The notes under the pieces were generated by a model. That model searched no databases. It was not told where the DNA came from and saw only the letters and a list, made by a program, of their open reading frames with translations. Positions 37,686 to 46,976 of a stretch of DNA of 64,000 nucleotides are shown in pieces (the first letter of the stretch is position 1; each line of letters opens with the position of its first letter). The stretch covers positions 160,001 through 224,000 of the forward strand of contig OY759746.1 in NCBI GenBank assembly GCA_963662795.1. The letters run 5' to 3'. Origin of the DNA: Spirochaetia bacterium (lineage in GTDB: Bacteria; Spirochaetota; Spirochaetia; CADAEX01). Made by a program: the position numbers and the translations under genes.

Positions 37686-38683
37686 ATATTGTGATAAAAG
37701 GGGCTGAAACCTTTTTCCCTGAAAATATTGTTAAAAACAGCTTTTTCACCGGTTCCGGCAAAAGTGAAGACAATCCCATGTTCAGGGGAACATCTGAAAG
37801 AAGACACTGCAAAAGAGATGACATGGGATGGGATTTTCTTGTAAATGCTTCCAGGAAAATTTTCGACAGGTTCGGGATTAAGCCGTCTGAAATTGATCTT
37901 TTTCTTGCCAATTCTGCGATGCTCGACATTCCCTTCACAGGAGCCGGGGCGGCATGGGCACACAAGGCAGGGGCAAAACCCCGTCATGTTTACGATATTC
38001 ACAGCAGCGGCTGCACATCCTTTGTTTTTATGCTTGAACTGGCCGGCATTTTAATGAAATCGAGAAATATCCGCTATGCCCTGATCGGGAATGTGCAGAC
38101 TTCTGCCGGAAAAATATTTGCTCATCCGCAGAATATTGATAAACCCCAGTCTGTTGTCCCGGGTGACGGGTGCGGCGTGGCTCTTCTTGAGGCATCAGAA
38201 AATTTCGGCGAAAACTGCGGGCTCCTGCTGGAAAGCGCAACCAGGTGCCATGGGGAATTCGCTGAGGATATGAATATTGAAAAACCGGACGGAACATACT
38301 GGTGGGAACCTTCTGAAAAAATGGGAATTATTGAATTCTCAAAATCGCGCATCTTTAAAATAATATCAAGAGGGAACAGCTCTGTACCGGACAGGATCAG
38401 TGAAGTCTGTGAAATTAATGGAAAAAAGATTTCAGATATCGATTTTCTCATAACAAATCAGCCTAATCCTGTTTTCTTAAGAAACTGGAGGGAATATGCA
38501 GAGCTGCCTGAAGACAGGATGTATCATTCCTTTGATAAATACGGCAACCTGTTCGGCGCCGCAATGCCTGTTAACCTGTCTGAAGCACTGGAAAAGAAGC
38601 TGATAAAAAAAGGTGATCTTCTCTGCCTGGCAGGATTCTCCCATGCAGGGGATTATTCCTCGGCAACCCTTATTCAGTATTAG
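37682..38683 (+). CDS. 3-oxoacyl-ACP synthase III-like condensing enzyme
   Basis: GCTSF (Cys), PGDG, TNQPN (in place of HQAN), YGNL; 4-nt overlap with the upstream gene. Confidence 0.85.
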   Translation: MNIVIKGAETFFPENIVKNSFFTGSGKSEDNPMFRGTSERRHCKRDDMGWDFLVNASRKIFDRFGIKPSEIDLFLANSAMLDIPFTGAGAAWAHKAGAKPRHVYDIHSSGCTSFVFMLELAGILMKSRNIRYALIGNVQTSAGKIFAHPQNIDKPQSVVPGDGCGVALLEASENFGENCGLLLESATRCHGEFAEDMNIEKPDGTYWWEPSEKMGIIEFSKSRIFKIISRGNSSVPDRISEVCEINGKKISDIDFLITNQPNPVFLRNWREYAELPEDRMYHSFDKYGNLFGAAMPVNLSEALEKKLIKKGDLLCLAGFSHAGDYSSATLIQY

Positions 38684-38694
38684 AAGTAAATTTT

Positions 38695-39468
38695 TTATGA
38701 AAGCAGGGTAGAGATATCATCCGGGTACAGAACCGTAATACCTTCACTTTCCTCTGCTTCTTCCAATTCTTCAGGAAACACATAGCCCCAGGAAGCAAGA
38801 TAGTATGAAGCGCCTGCAAGTTCTCCGCTGCCCTGAAGGGAATATATGGTTTTCAGCCTGTCTTCAACTATATAAGTGTTTTCAGGGGAAAACTGCTCCT
38901 TTTCAAGTATCTCAAGAATTATCTCTTTTTTGGATTTTCCGGTTTCAAGGCCGTGAATCATACCTGGATCAAACGGGATTCCGAAATAAGACAGAAGCTT
39001 TACGATAAATATCTTTTCCTTGGTTGTGATTATATGCACTGACTTGAAATTATCACGGGCCGTATCAGTCAGGGCAGCAGCGCAATCATAAAGCCTGTGC
39101 CATGAGAGCCAGTTTGCCGGCCTGAGCCTTGCCCAGTCTACGCGCACTTTCCCGTAAAGCCTGACAAGTTTGTCGCGGTTCATGGAAACAGAGGTGAAAA
39201 TCTGCTCCTTCATGAAATTAAACTTCTCTTTTAAAAAACTTTCACTGTAGCCTTCGTCAATTGCCTTTACAAGAGCTATTGCCTCATATCCTGTTTCAAG
39301 TAAAGGCCTGAGTTTTATGAATTTCTGAAGATGTTTTTGAGGGATATCAGAGCCCCTCCACTCATCCCACAATTCACTCCCGGCAAGCCAGCCTGTTCTG
39401 GCTGTTTCGCGGGAGCTGTCGCAGATTATTCCGTCAAAATCGAGAAAAAGGATTTTTTCATGTCTCAT
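38695..39468 (-). CDS. HAD family hydrolase
   Basis: LDFDGIICDS, ITTK, VEDRLKT, LASWGY. Confidence 0.88.
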   Translation of the reverse strand: MRHEKILFLDFDGIICDSSRETARTGWLAGSELWDEWRGSDIPQKHLQKFIKLRPLLETGYEAIALVKAIDEGYSESFLKEKFNFMKEQIFTSVSMNRDKLVRLYGKVRVDWARLRPANWLSWHRLYDCAAALTDTARDNFKSVHIITTKEKIFIVKLLSYFGIPFDPGMIHGLETGKSKKEIILEILEKEQFSPENTYIVEDRLKTIYSLQGSGELAGASYYLASWGYVFPEELEEAEESEGITVLYPDDISTLLS

Positions 39469-39473
39469 CCGGT

Positions 39474-39926
39474 TTAAATATTCAGCACTTTTTTCAGGGT
39501 TTCAGGATCAAGGCGGAATTCGGATCCCTTCCCCTCATGAAAGTGATGCTCCCTTAAAAGATGTATTGATATTGTTGAAAAAAGTATTTTCCTGTTATTT
39601 TTTATATTTACGGCCTCACATGTAATCTTCCTGTGTATACCGTCTTCAAAAGGGCAAGGCAGATGCCCCCTTGCCTCAAGAGTCCTTACAAGCCATTTAT
39701 CATCAACAGTTGTAAACTCACCAAGTCCCCTTTCCCCCTGGTCAAGAAGATATTCAAGAGCAGTGCAGACCTTCTCATAATCAAGTGAATGGTATTCCAT
39801 CCGCTCTTCATCTTCCGTAATTATATCTTTGATATCCCTTTCATCATCACCGAGAAATCCGCCTGCCGTAATTACGCCTGGCGCCATGTTTCCTTGAGCT
39901 TTTTTATATGCCGGGGTCATTTTCAT
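39474..39926 (-). CDS. Hypothetical protein with Cys/His cluster
   Basis: ATG 39926 with AGGAGG RBS; LPCPF..H, HLLREHHFHEG. Confidence 0.75.
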   Translation of the reverse strand: MKMTPAYKKAQGNMAPGVITAGGFLGDDERDIKDIITEDEERMEYHSLDYEKVCTALEYLLDQGERGLGEFTTVDDKWLVRTLEARGHLPCPFEDGIHRKITCEAVNIKNNRKILFSTISIHLLREHHFHEGKGSEFRLDPETLKKVLNI

Positions 39927-39951
39927 GCTGTTTTCCTCCTTAAAAGACAAA

Positions 39952-41067
39952 TCAGGCAAAATTATCAAAATAAATCTTTTCAAGCGGAATTCCGTTATCT
40001 GTCAGTACACTTTTACAGGCGGTAATCATGCCCGGACTTCCGCAGAGGTATCCCTCCCTGTCAGCTTCAGTTGAGATTTTCTCTTTTAGATAACTGTTCA
40101 GTACCGCTGTAATCAGTCCTTTTTCACCGCTCCAGTTATCTGATTCCTCCGGTTCCGAGAGCGCTGGTACAAAATGGAACTTGTCCCATTTCTTCTCAAG
40201 TTCCCTAAGCTCATCAAGATAAAACATGTCTTTACCGGTTCTTGCTCCGAAGAAATACCACACTTCCCTGTTGTTGATTTTTCTTTCGTACATATCGTTG
40301 AAAATAGCTTTAAAAGGAGCCATTCCGGAACCGCCTGCGATGCAAACCATTGTCGCATCAGTTTCCATTCTGTGAAAATCGCCGAACGGACCGATTACTT
40401 TAACATTCTGCCCTTCCTTAAGCTCAGTATGAACCCAGGTAGTGGCAATCCCTCCGGGAACCAGTCTTACAAGAATCTCGACATGGTTTTTATCGGAAGG
40501 AGTTGAAGACATGGAATAAGCCCTCTGAGTCTCTCCCTTTATTTTACCGTAGGGGGGGACCACAAGCTGAACATACATCCCTGCCTCAAATTCTATCTTT
40601 TCCTCACCGATTGATATCAAAACCTCTTTTATATCATGCGTTATGTCTTTTATCTTTTCGACAACACCTTCAATCTGTTTTACATTGAACAGAACATCAG
40701 GTATCTCGATTTCAATATCTTTTTTTACCTTGATCTGGCATGATAATCTCGTGTTAATGTCAATCTCTTCTTTTGTAAGATAAGGTATCTCTGTCGGAAG
40801 GTGCGGTCCGACATCGCTTTTAACAACACACTTGCATGCTCCGCAGCTGCCTCTGCCTCCGCAGGCTGAGGGGAGAAAAATATCGTTGCCGGCAAGCAGC
40901 TGGAGAAGGTTTGCTCCGCCCTTTACATCCAGTTCTTTTTTCCCCTTGTTTATGACAATTTTTACAATTCCATAGTTGTTTACAATCATATCCAGAACAG
41001 ATATCAGCGCAGCAAGAACAGCCGCGATACTGGAAACAATCAAAGGCGCAATAATAATAACACTCAT
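39952..41067 (-). CDS. nqrF: Na+-NQR subunit F-like (2Fe-2S/FAD/NADH)
   Basis: N-terminal TM, ACGGRGSCGAC..RLSCQ, RAYSM, GPFG, AGGSGMAP, FFGART, YLCG. Confidence 0.9.
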   Translation of the reverse strand: MSVIIIAPLIVSSIAAVLAALISVLDMIVNNYGIVKIVINKGKKELDVKGGANLLQLLAGNDIFLPSACGGRGSCGACKCVVKSDVGPHLPTEIPYLTKEEIDINTRLSCQIKVKKDIEIEIPDVLFNVKQIEGVVEKIKDITHDIKEVLISIGEEKIEFEAGMYVQLVVPPYGKIKGETQRAYSMSSTPSDKNHVEILVRLVPGGIATTWVHTELKEGQNVKVIGPFGDFHRMETDATMVCIAGGSGMAPFKAIFNDMYERKINNREVWYFFGARTGKDMFYLDELRELEKKWDKFHFVPALSEPEESDNWSGEKGLITAVLNSYLKEKISTEADREGYLCGSPGMITACKSVLTDNGIPLEKIYFDNFA

Positions 41068-41079
41068 GAAAAGCTCCTC

Positions 41080-41673
41080 CTACTGTACATTTACCATTCC
41101 GGAAAAACCGATAAATGCCATAGCCATAAAACCGATTGTTATAAGAGTGATACCCGGGCCTTTAAGCCCCGCGGGAACAGGCGCGTTCTGTACTTTTTTC
41201 TGTATTGCAGATAAGGCCATAATGGCAAGCCACCAGCCAAGCCCTGAGCCGATTGAAAAGAAAAGAGTCTGCATAAGATTGTATTTTCTTATCTCGATAA
41301 AAAGGACAACACCAAGAATCGCGCAGTTTACTGTAATAAGGGGAAGAAAAATCCCCAGAGACATGTAAAGAGCGGGAGACACCCTGTCAATTACCATTTC
41401 AAGAACCTGCACCGTGGCTGCAATAACAATAATAAAAACAATATATCTAAGATAAAGAAGTCCGTAGGGAATGAGAATATAATGCAGCACAAGCCAGTTT
41501 ATTATACCTGTGAAACCCAGAACTACCGTGACAGCAAGCCCCAGACCGTTTGAGGATTTCATATCTTTTGAGATTGAAATGAATGAACACATTCCGAGAA
41601 AGTTTGAAAGAAGTATATTGCTTGTAAAAATTGATGCTATAAAAAGCGTTACAAGATTAATGTCAGGCGCCAT
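41080..41673 (-). CDS. nqrE: NqrE/RnfA family membrane subunit
   Basis: FLGMCSF, IFLPLITVNCAILG. Confidence 0.88.
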   Translation of the reverse strand: MAPDINLVTLFIASIFTSNILLSNFLGMCSFISISKDMKSSNGLGLAVTVVLGFTGIINWLVLHYILIPYGLLYLRYIVFIIVIAATVQVLEMVIDRVSPALYMSLGIFLPLITVNCAILGVVLFIEIRKYNLMQTLFFSIGSGLGWWLAIMALSAIQKKVQNAPVPAGLKGPGITLITIGFMAMAFIGFSGMVNVQ

Positions 41674-42277
41674 TGGTTTTCTCCTTTTTCAGAATCAAGG
41701 TTTTGCTTACCCAGACAACAGCTCCGAGAAGAAAAAACGCGCTCGGAGGCATAACCATTATTGTCCATTTTGTAAAGAATTCAGGCATCACTGGAAATCC
41801 GAATATAGTCCCGAATCCCGCAAGTTCACGTATTGTTGCAATTACAAGAAGTACCCACATATAACCGATTCCAGAAGTTATACCGTCCCAGAAAGATATC
41901 AATGGAGGATTGGATCTAGCAAATGCCTCTGCCCTTCCCATGATAATGCAGTTGGTGATTATAAGTCCTACATAAGGGCCGAGAGATTTGCTGATTTCAG
42001 GAAGATATGCTCTCAGGATTATATCGACAATAATAACGTAAAATGCTATTACAAGTGTCTGTATAATCATTCTTACCTTATCAGGAATAAGAGCTTTCAG
42101 GAGAGAAAGTGTAAAATTTGAAAACCCTGTAACAAAAACGAGGCCAAGCGACATGATCAGGGTATTGGTAAGATTGTTTGTTACAGCAAGTGTTGAACAA
42201 ATTCCAAGTACCTGTATAAAAACAGGATTGTTTGTCCACATATTGCCTTTAAATATTTTTACCGCGCTGCTGTTCAT
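41663..42277 (-). CDS. nqrD: NqrD/RnfE family membrane subunit
   Basis: NNPVFIQVLGICSTLAVT, GLIITNCIIMGRAE, PPSAF. Confidence 0.88.
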   Translation of the reverse strand: MNSSAVKIFKGNMWTNNPVFIQVLGICSTLAVTNNLTNTLIMSLGLVFVTGFSNFTLSLLKALIPDKVRMIIQTLVIAFYVIIVDIILRAYLPEISKSLGPYVGLIITNCIIMGRAEAFARSNPPLISFWDGITSGIGYMWVLLVIATIRELAGFGTIFGFPVMPEFFTKWTIMVMPPSAFFLLGAVVWVSKTLILKKEKTNGA

Positions 42278-42909
42278 TTTCCTCTCCCCTCCTTTGCAAG
42301 TCCTGCAATAACATTGTTGACTATTGTCTGAATTGACGCGCTTGTAAGCGATGCCCCGGTAATGCCCTCAACCTCGCTGTTTGTCGGGTCGCTGTCAGAG
42401 CCTCCTGAACCTTTTCTCACTTTTATGGCCGCATCGTCCGATGCAATTGCCTCATTCCTGAACTGGTCCTTGAACCACTTTTCATCAATCCTTCCGCCGA
42501 GACCTGGAGTTTCGTTGTGGGAGATTATCTCAAGCCCTTTTATCGTTTTAAAATCAGGTGTTACTGCTATAACGCCTGTAATTGTTCCCCAAAGCCCGCT
42601 TCCGGAAAAAAGCTTCAGGACAAGTTCTTCTCCATTGACTGTTGCCTTTATTGTTTTTGTAAATTGAGCAGCATCGCCTTCTGTTTTAGCTACAGCATCC
42701 GGAAAATATTTTTCAAAGAGTTTTTGTGTTTCATTTTTATCCTTAAACTCAACTCCTGCTGACTTAAGAAATGCCGAGTAAAACGATATTCTAGTATTGG
42801 CAGCTGTTTTTTCAGCTGTCAGACTGTCCGCAAGTGAAAGAAAAAATACAAAGAAAAATGACGCGGCAAATGTAAAAATAACTGTATAAAAAAAGTTGTT
42901 TTTATTCAT
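42274..42909 (-). CDS. nqrC: NqrC/RnfG family FMN-binding subunit
   Basis: GLWGTI, ETPGLG, ITGASLTS flavinylation motif; probable start ATG 42909. Confidence 0.88.
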   Translation of the reverse strand: MNKNNFFYTVIFTFAASFFFVFFLSLADSLTAEKTAANTRISFYSAFLKSAGVEFKDKNETQKLFEKYFPDAVAKTEGDAAQFTKTIKATVNGEELVLKLFSGSGLWGTITGVIAVTPDFKTIKGLEIISHNETPGLGGRIDEKWFKDQFRNEAIASDDAAIKVRKGSGGSDSDPTNSEVEGITGASLTSASIQTIVNNVIAGLAKEGRGK

Positions 42910-42913
42910 TTCA

Positions 42914-43843
42914 TTACCCCTTTGCCTGCTCCGGCGCAGCTTCCCTGAAAGGACCGGCCTTTTTTTTGGCGACAAGTTCATCAATCAGCGTTGCGAATGT
43001 ATTGCCGAAAAGAATCGCAAAGCTAGTCCCTTCCGGGAAAAGGGAAAATATTCTTACTATTGCCGCTGTAAATCCGATTATTGATCCGTAAATCCACAGG
43101 GAGAGCGGCTTTTTCGGAGCAGATACCGGATCGGTTGTCATGAATACCGCAACAAACAGGATACTTCCGGAAAGAAGTCCTTCAAGAGGGGGAAATGCCT
43201 TTACAACACCGGCAGCAAAGAGAGCTCCTGATAAAACAGTAAAAGATATTAAAGTGGAAGCCATTGTCCGCCAGTTTGCGGTTTTTGTATAAACAAGATA
43301 TAAGGCAGCAAGAATGATCAGAATTGCTGCCCCTTCTCCGGCAGAACCTGCCCTTAACCCTGACAAGAGATGCCACAGGTCAGGAAGTACCCCTTCCCTC
43401 ATCATCTCAAGCGGTGTTGCGCTTGTCATCCCGTCAATAGCTTTAAGGCCGAAAATTGACGGGGCAAGCCATAGCGTTGTCATCTTGCCGGGGAAAGCTA
43501 TATATATAAAAAGGCGCCCTGTAATGGCAGGATTAAAAATATTCCGTCCGAATCCGCCGTAAACACATTTTCCGAATAGAACCCCGAAAATAATTCCTAC
43601 TGCGGCAATCCAGAAAGGGACTGCGGGCGGAAGGGAGAGTGTATAAATCATACAGGTAACAAGAACTGCTTCAGATGTTTTCTTGCCGCTTTTTTTCATA
43701 AACAGATATTCGGTCAGTATGCCTGCGGCAAAGACCAGGACTGAAACAGCAAGGAATTTAATACCATAAATAAAAACAGCAAAAAGAAAGACCGGAGTAA
43801 GTGCATAAAGCACTTTTCTCATTATTTGTTGTTTTTGAAACAA
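42914..43843 (-). CDS. nqrB: NqrB/RnfD family subunit
   Basis: YGGFGRNIFNPA, DGMTSATPL flavinylation site, GSAGE, MTTDPVSAP, PEG. Confidence 0.88.
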   Translation of the reverse strand: MFQKQQIMRKVLYALTPVFLFAVFIYGIKFLAVSVLVFAAGILTEYLFMKKSGKKTSEAVLVTCMIYTLSLPPAVPFWIAAVGIIFGVLFGKCVYGGFGRNIFNPAITGRLFIYIAFPGKMTTLWLAPSIFGLKAIDGMTSATPLEMMREGVLPDLWHLLSGLRAGSAGEGAAILIILAALYLVYTKTANWRTMASTLISFTVLSGALFAAGVVKAFPPLEGLLSGSILFVAVFMTTDPVSAPKKPLSLWIYGSIIGFTAAIVRIFSLFPEGTSFAILFGNTFATLIDELVAKKKAGPFREAAPEQAKG

Positions 43844-44008
43844 GATAATCCTCCTGAACAGATGAAAGATAATAAAAACTGATATATTTCACATTGTAAT
43901 ATAACTGAAGGGTTTTGACAAACGCAATATTATAAACATCAGGACGGAAACCTGCTTATATACTGTTGTCCAATAAGCTGATTTCAAATATATTTTATCA
44001 TTAAAACC

Positions 44009-44920
44009 ATGAAAAACAACGATAACGCCTCAAAAGGCAGTACAATTGATAAAAACGGTTATTTACAGGCTCTTTCCGCATATATAATCTGGGGATTGCT
44101 CCCGATATACTGGAAAGCACTAAAACATGTAATGCCGCTCCAGATTATGATAAACAGGGCCCTCTGGAGCTTTGTACTGTTATTTCTGATTTCGCTGATA
44201 AGAAAGAAAAATACGTTCGGATATCTAAAAGATCCTAAAACATTTTTCAAAATTACTGCGGCAAGTATTATTCTCTCCGCAAACTGGCTTACATACATAT
44301 TTGCCGTAAACAGCGGAAGAATTCTGGAAGCAAGCATGGGATACTACATAACTCCACTCGTAAACATAGCGCTGGGCCTTATCGTTTTCAGGGAAAAACT
44401 CAACCGCGTCCAGTACACGTCCATTGCATTTGCCACAGCCGGTGTTCTTTACAAAACTATTGAGTACGGCAGGTTCCCCTATATTTCTCTCTTTCTTGCG
44501 CTCTCATTCGGTCTTTACGGCATGTTCAAAAAATACTTTTCGCTTGATTCAATAACAGGTCTGATGACGGAAACACTGATTCTGACACCTTTCGGCATCG
44601 CTGTAATTATCTATCTTCAGCTTAAAGGGGTTAACTCACTTTTTACGGTTTCGCTTACAACCGACCTGCTGCTGATAGGATCCGGAATAATAACAGCTGT
44701 ACCGCTGATCATGTTTGCCGAAGGCGCTAAAAAGATTCCCATGTCTGCCATAGGATTCCTTCAGTACGTCGCTCCAACGCTGATGCTTCTAACCGGTGTT
44801 TTTTTATACGAAGAGGAGTTCACTGTGAGTCACCTGATAACTTTTTCATTAATATGGACAGGGCTTGCAGTCTATACTTACTCGCTGTTTAAATCTTCGA
44901 ATAAGAGATCGGACCATTAA
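44009..44920 (+). CDS. rarD: EamA family transporter RarD
   Basis: WGLLPIYWK, NWLTYIFAVN..ASMGYYITPL, GFLQYVAPT. Confidence 0.92.
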   Translation: MKNNDNASKGSTIDKNGYLQALSAYIIWGLLPIYWKALKHVMPLQIMINRALWSFVLLFLISLIRKKNTFGYLKDPKTFFKITAASIILSANWLTYIFAVNSGRILEASMGYYITPLVNIALGLIVFREKLNRVQYTSIAFATAGVLYKTIEYGRFPYISLFLALSFGLYGMFKKYFSLDSITGLMTETLILTPFGIAVIIYLQLKGVNSLFTVSLTTDLLLIGSGIITAVPLIMFAEGAKKIPMSAIGFLQYVAPTLMLLTGVFLYEEEFTVSHLITFSLIWTGLAVYTYSLFKSSNKRSDH

Positions 44921-44947
44921 TACAAAGGTAAAAACCTCAATAAAAAT

Positions 44948-46660
44948 CTACATAGCAAAGCCGTTATCAACGCTCAGATCTGTAAAACCTTCAGGAGGAA
45001 GCCCGAAACCGCTGTAGTTAAGATGGCGCAGGGTTGATGTCCTGTAGTCATGTATCATGGTTTTAAGCCATTCAAATTCATCCCCGGTCATGTCTCCTTC
45101 AAGATATTTAAGCATTACCAGCATTGTTTCGTAGCGCCATTCAGTAAGATTGTTTTTCAGAAATTCCTCTTTTGATATCAGGTATTTTTCAAGGACATCA
45201 AAATCTATCGGAGTAGTTTTTTCATCAAAACCCACCCTTTTCCAGAGCCTTGATATATATGGAGGATTATCATCGGCAACAGGGTGCCTTACAATAATCT
45301 GGGATGAATACTGAACCGGTTTATCTGGATCAGAAGGGAGATAGCGCATCTTGTTCTTCATGTCTATCCCCGCCTCCGCAAACAGGCGGCAGAAAACATA
45401 CCAGTTATCAAGCCCTTCTTTCCCCTTTACAGCAGGTTTTTCAAGAAAGACAAGATCTCTGGGACATTTGGGATAACCGAAGACCCATTCCGTATAATAC
45501 GATTTACCTTCAGAGCCTAAAGGCCTTGGAATATGGGGATAGCTGTAATGCCCTGCCGAAATAAAAGCATCCTCAAGTTTTTTAGCAAGAAAATGGCGGG
45601 CAAAATTGTCAAACCCTGAATAAAATGTGTTGCCGTGCCTTATTGAATGCCTCGCTACAGGGAATTCCTGCAGAGTATAGATAATCCCGTCAATTGACCT
45701 GAATCCCGACCTTATCTCAAGATCAAGGGTGTAATCAGGATTCGCCTTAATTCTTTTTGAATAGGCAAGGTCCTGAATCTCGCGGCCTATTTTATATGTT
45801 ATGGTCCTTGTTTTGCATGCTTCAAGCTCCTTTATATGACACTTGTGATGCCTGCTCATGTGGCTTGTTGTTGATTTACGATAGTCAAAGACAAGTTCGC
45901 TCATCCTCTCCATCTGGGGGAAATCGCATGGGGCGCATGACTTCATAAGGAACTCGAGTATAAGCGACATCATCTCGACCCTTTCCGGCTTAAGGTATTT
46001 ATCAAGCTTTTCCCTGTTCTCATCTATAAATTTCTCAAATTTTTTAAAATCTATGTGAAGGCTTTCCGAACCGAAATCAATCCTTTTCCAGAGCTTGGTA
46101 AGCATTTCGTCGGAATCTGAAATACTCGGCTCAAGCATGACAATGTTTTTTATGTAATATCCGTCGTTTTCAACTGTATCATCAAAAATACCTACACCAG
46201 CTTCATTAAAACAACCGGATGCAATATCCCACTCGTCGACTTTTATGGGATACCACTTTCCCGCTTCGTCATCGTAAAACTCTGGATAATAACCCTCATC
46301 GCCGAAGACCCATTCATAATAGTATATTCCGTCAATATCAGACCCGAGAGGCCTTGGAACATGGGAAAACTTATAGCGTCCTGACCTGAAAAAATAGTCG
46401 TCAAGCTTTTTTATAAGCACATGACGGAAGTAAACATTAAGGGCTGAAAGCGTTGCCTTGCTTTCAAGGCTTTTAAGCGTTATGTCTGAATCTGGGTTTG
46501 CGATTTTTGCAAGGTCTGTCCCCCGCGGTATCCTGCAGGCCGCGACAAAATCCTGTTCCGTCCTGATTATCCCGCCAAGCCCGGGAAAAATGTTTCTTAT
46601 CTGAATGTGAACTTCCGCGGAACCGCCGTACCCGCCGCAGCATATTGTTTCTATACCCAT
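44948..46660 (-). CDS. Hypothetical protein with tandem duplicated protein-kinase-like domains
   Basis: Two ~250-aa homologous halves (RHxLxKKLxD..PRPLGS..YYxEWVFG..FxEAG..LWKR..DYRxST..H); first half has GGYGGSA, AK, KNIV and IDFG. Confidence 0.7.
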   Translation of the reverse strand: MGIETICCGGYGGSAEVHIQIRNIFPGLGGIIRTEQDFVAACRIPRGTDLAKIANPDSDITLKSLESKATLSALNVYFRHVLIKKLDDYFFRSGRYKFSHVPRPLGSDIDGIYYYEWVFGDEGYYPEFYDDEAGKWYPIKVDEWDIASGCFNEAGVGIFDDTVENDGYYIKNIVMLEPSISDSDEMLTKLWKRIDFGSESLHIDFKKFEKFIDENREKLDKYLKPERVEMMSLILEFLMKSCAPCDFPQMERMSELVFDYRKSTTSHMSRHHKCHIKELEACKTRTITYKIGREIQDLAYSKRIKANPDYTLDLEIRSGFRSIDGIIYTLQEFPVARHSIRHGNTFYSGFDNFARHFLAKKLEDAFISAGHYSYPHIPRPLGSEGKSYYTEWVFGYPKCPRDLVFLEKPAVKGKEGLDNWYVFCRLFAEAGIDMKNKMRYLPSDPDKPVQYSSQIIVRHPVADDNPPYISRLWKRVGFDEKTTPIDFDVLEKYLISKEEFLKNNLTEWRYETMLVMLKYLEGDMTGDEFEWLKTMIHDYRTSTLRHLNYSGFGLPPEGFTDLSVDNGFAM

Positions 46661-46976
46661 GCATCTAAAATATTACATGGCAGGCCTTCCGGTCAAGGAA
46701 GATTATATTATTGCTGTTATACGTAAAAAAATTACCTGCGTTTATGCCTGTTAGAGACATTACAGCCGCATTATCATCAGGAGTGATTGTAATTTTGAGA
46801 TGTCCTGATGTCAATATAAAGATGCTATGATGCTTTTTACATTAATTTGGCTTTCCTAACAGGGAATGCAGAAAAAAAAATATCATTATAGTTAATTTTT
46901 ATATTGACATTTTTATTTGAAATATATTATAAACCTTATTTTTTTGTGCTATTTTAAATTTTCAAGGAGTGAAAAT

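Noticed and set aside
46775-46810. CATCAGGA/TCCTGATG inverted repeat as a riboswitch
   Set aside because: Only an 8-bp stem with a 20-nt loop and no aptamer consensus that I can recognise
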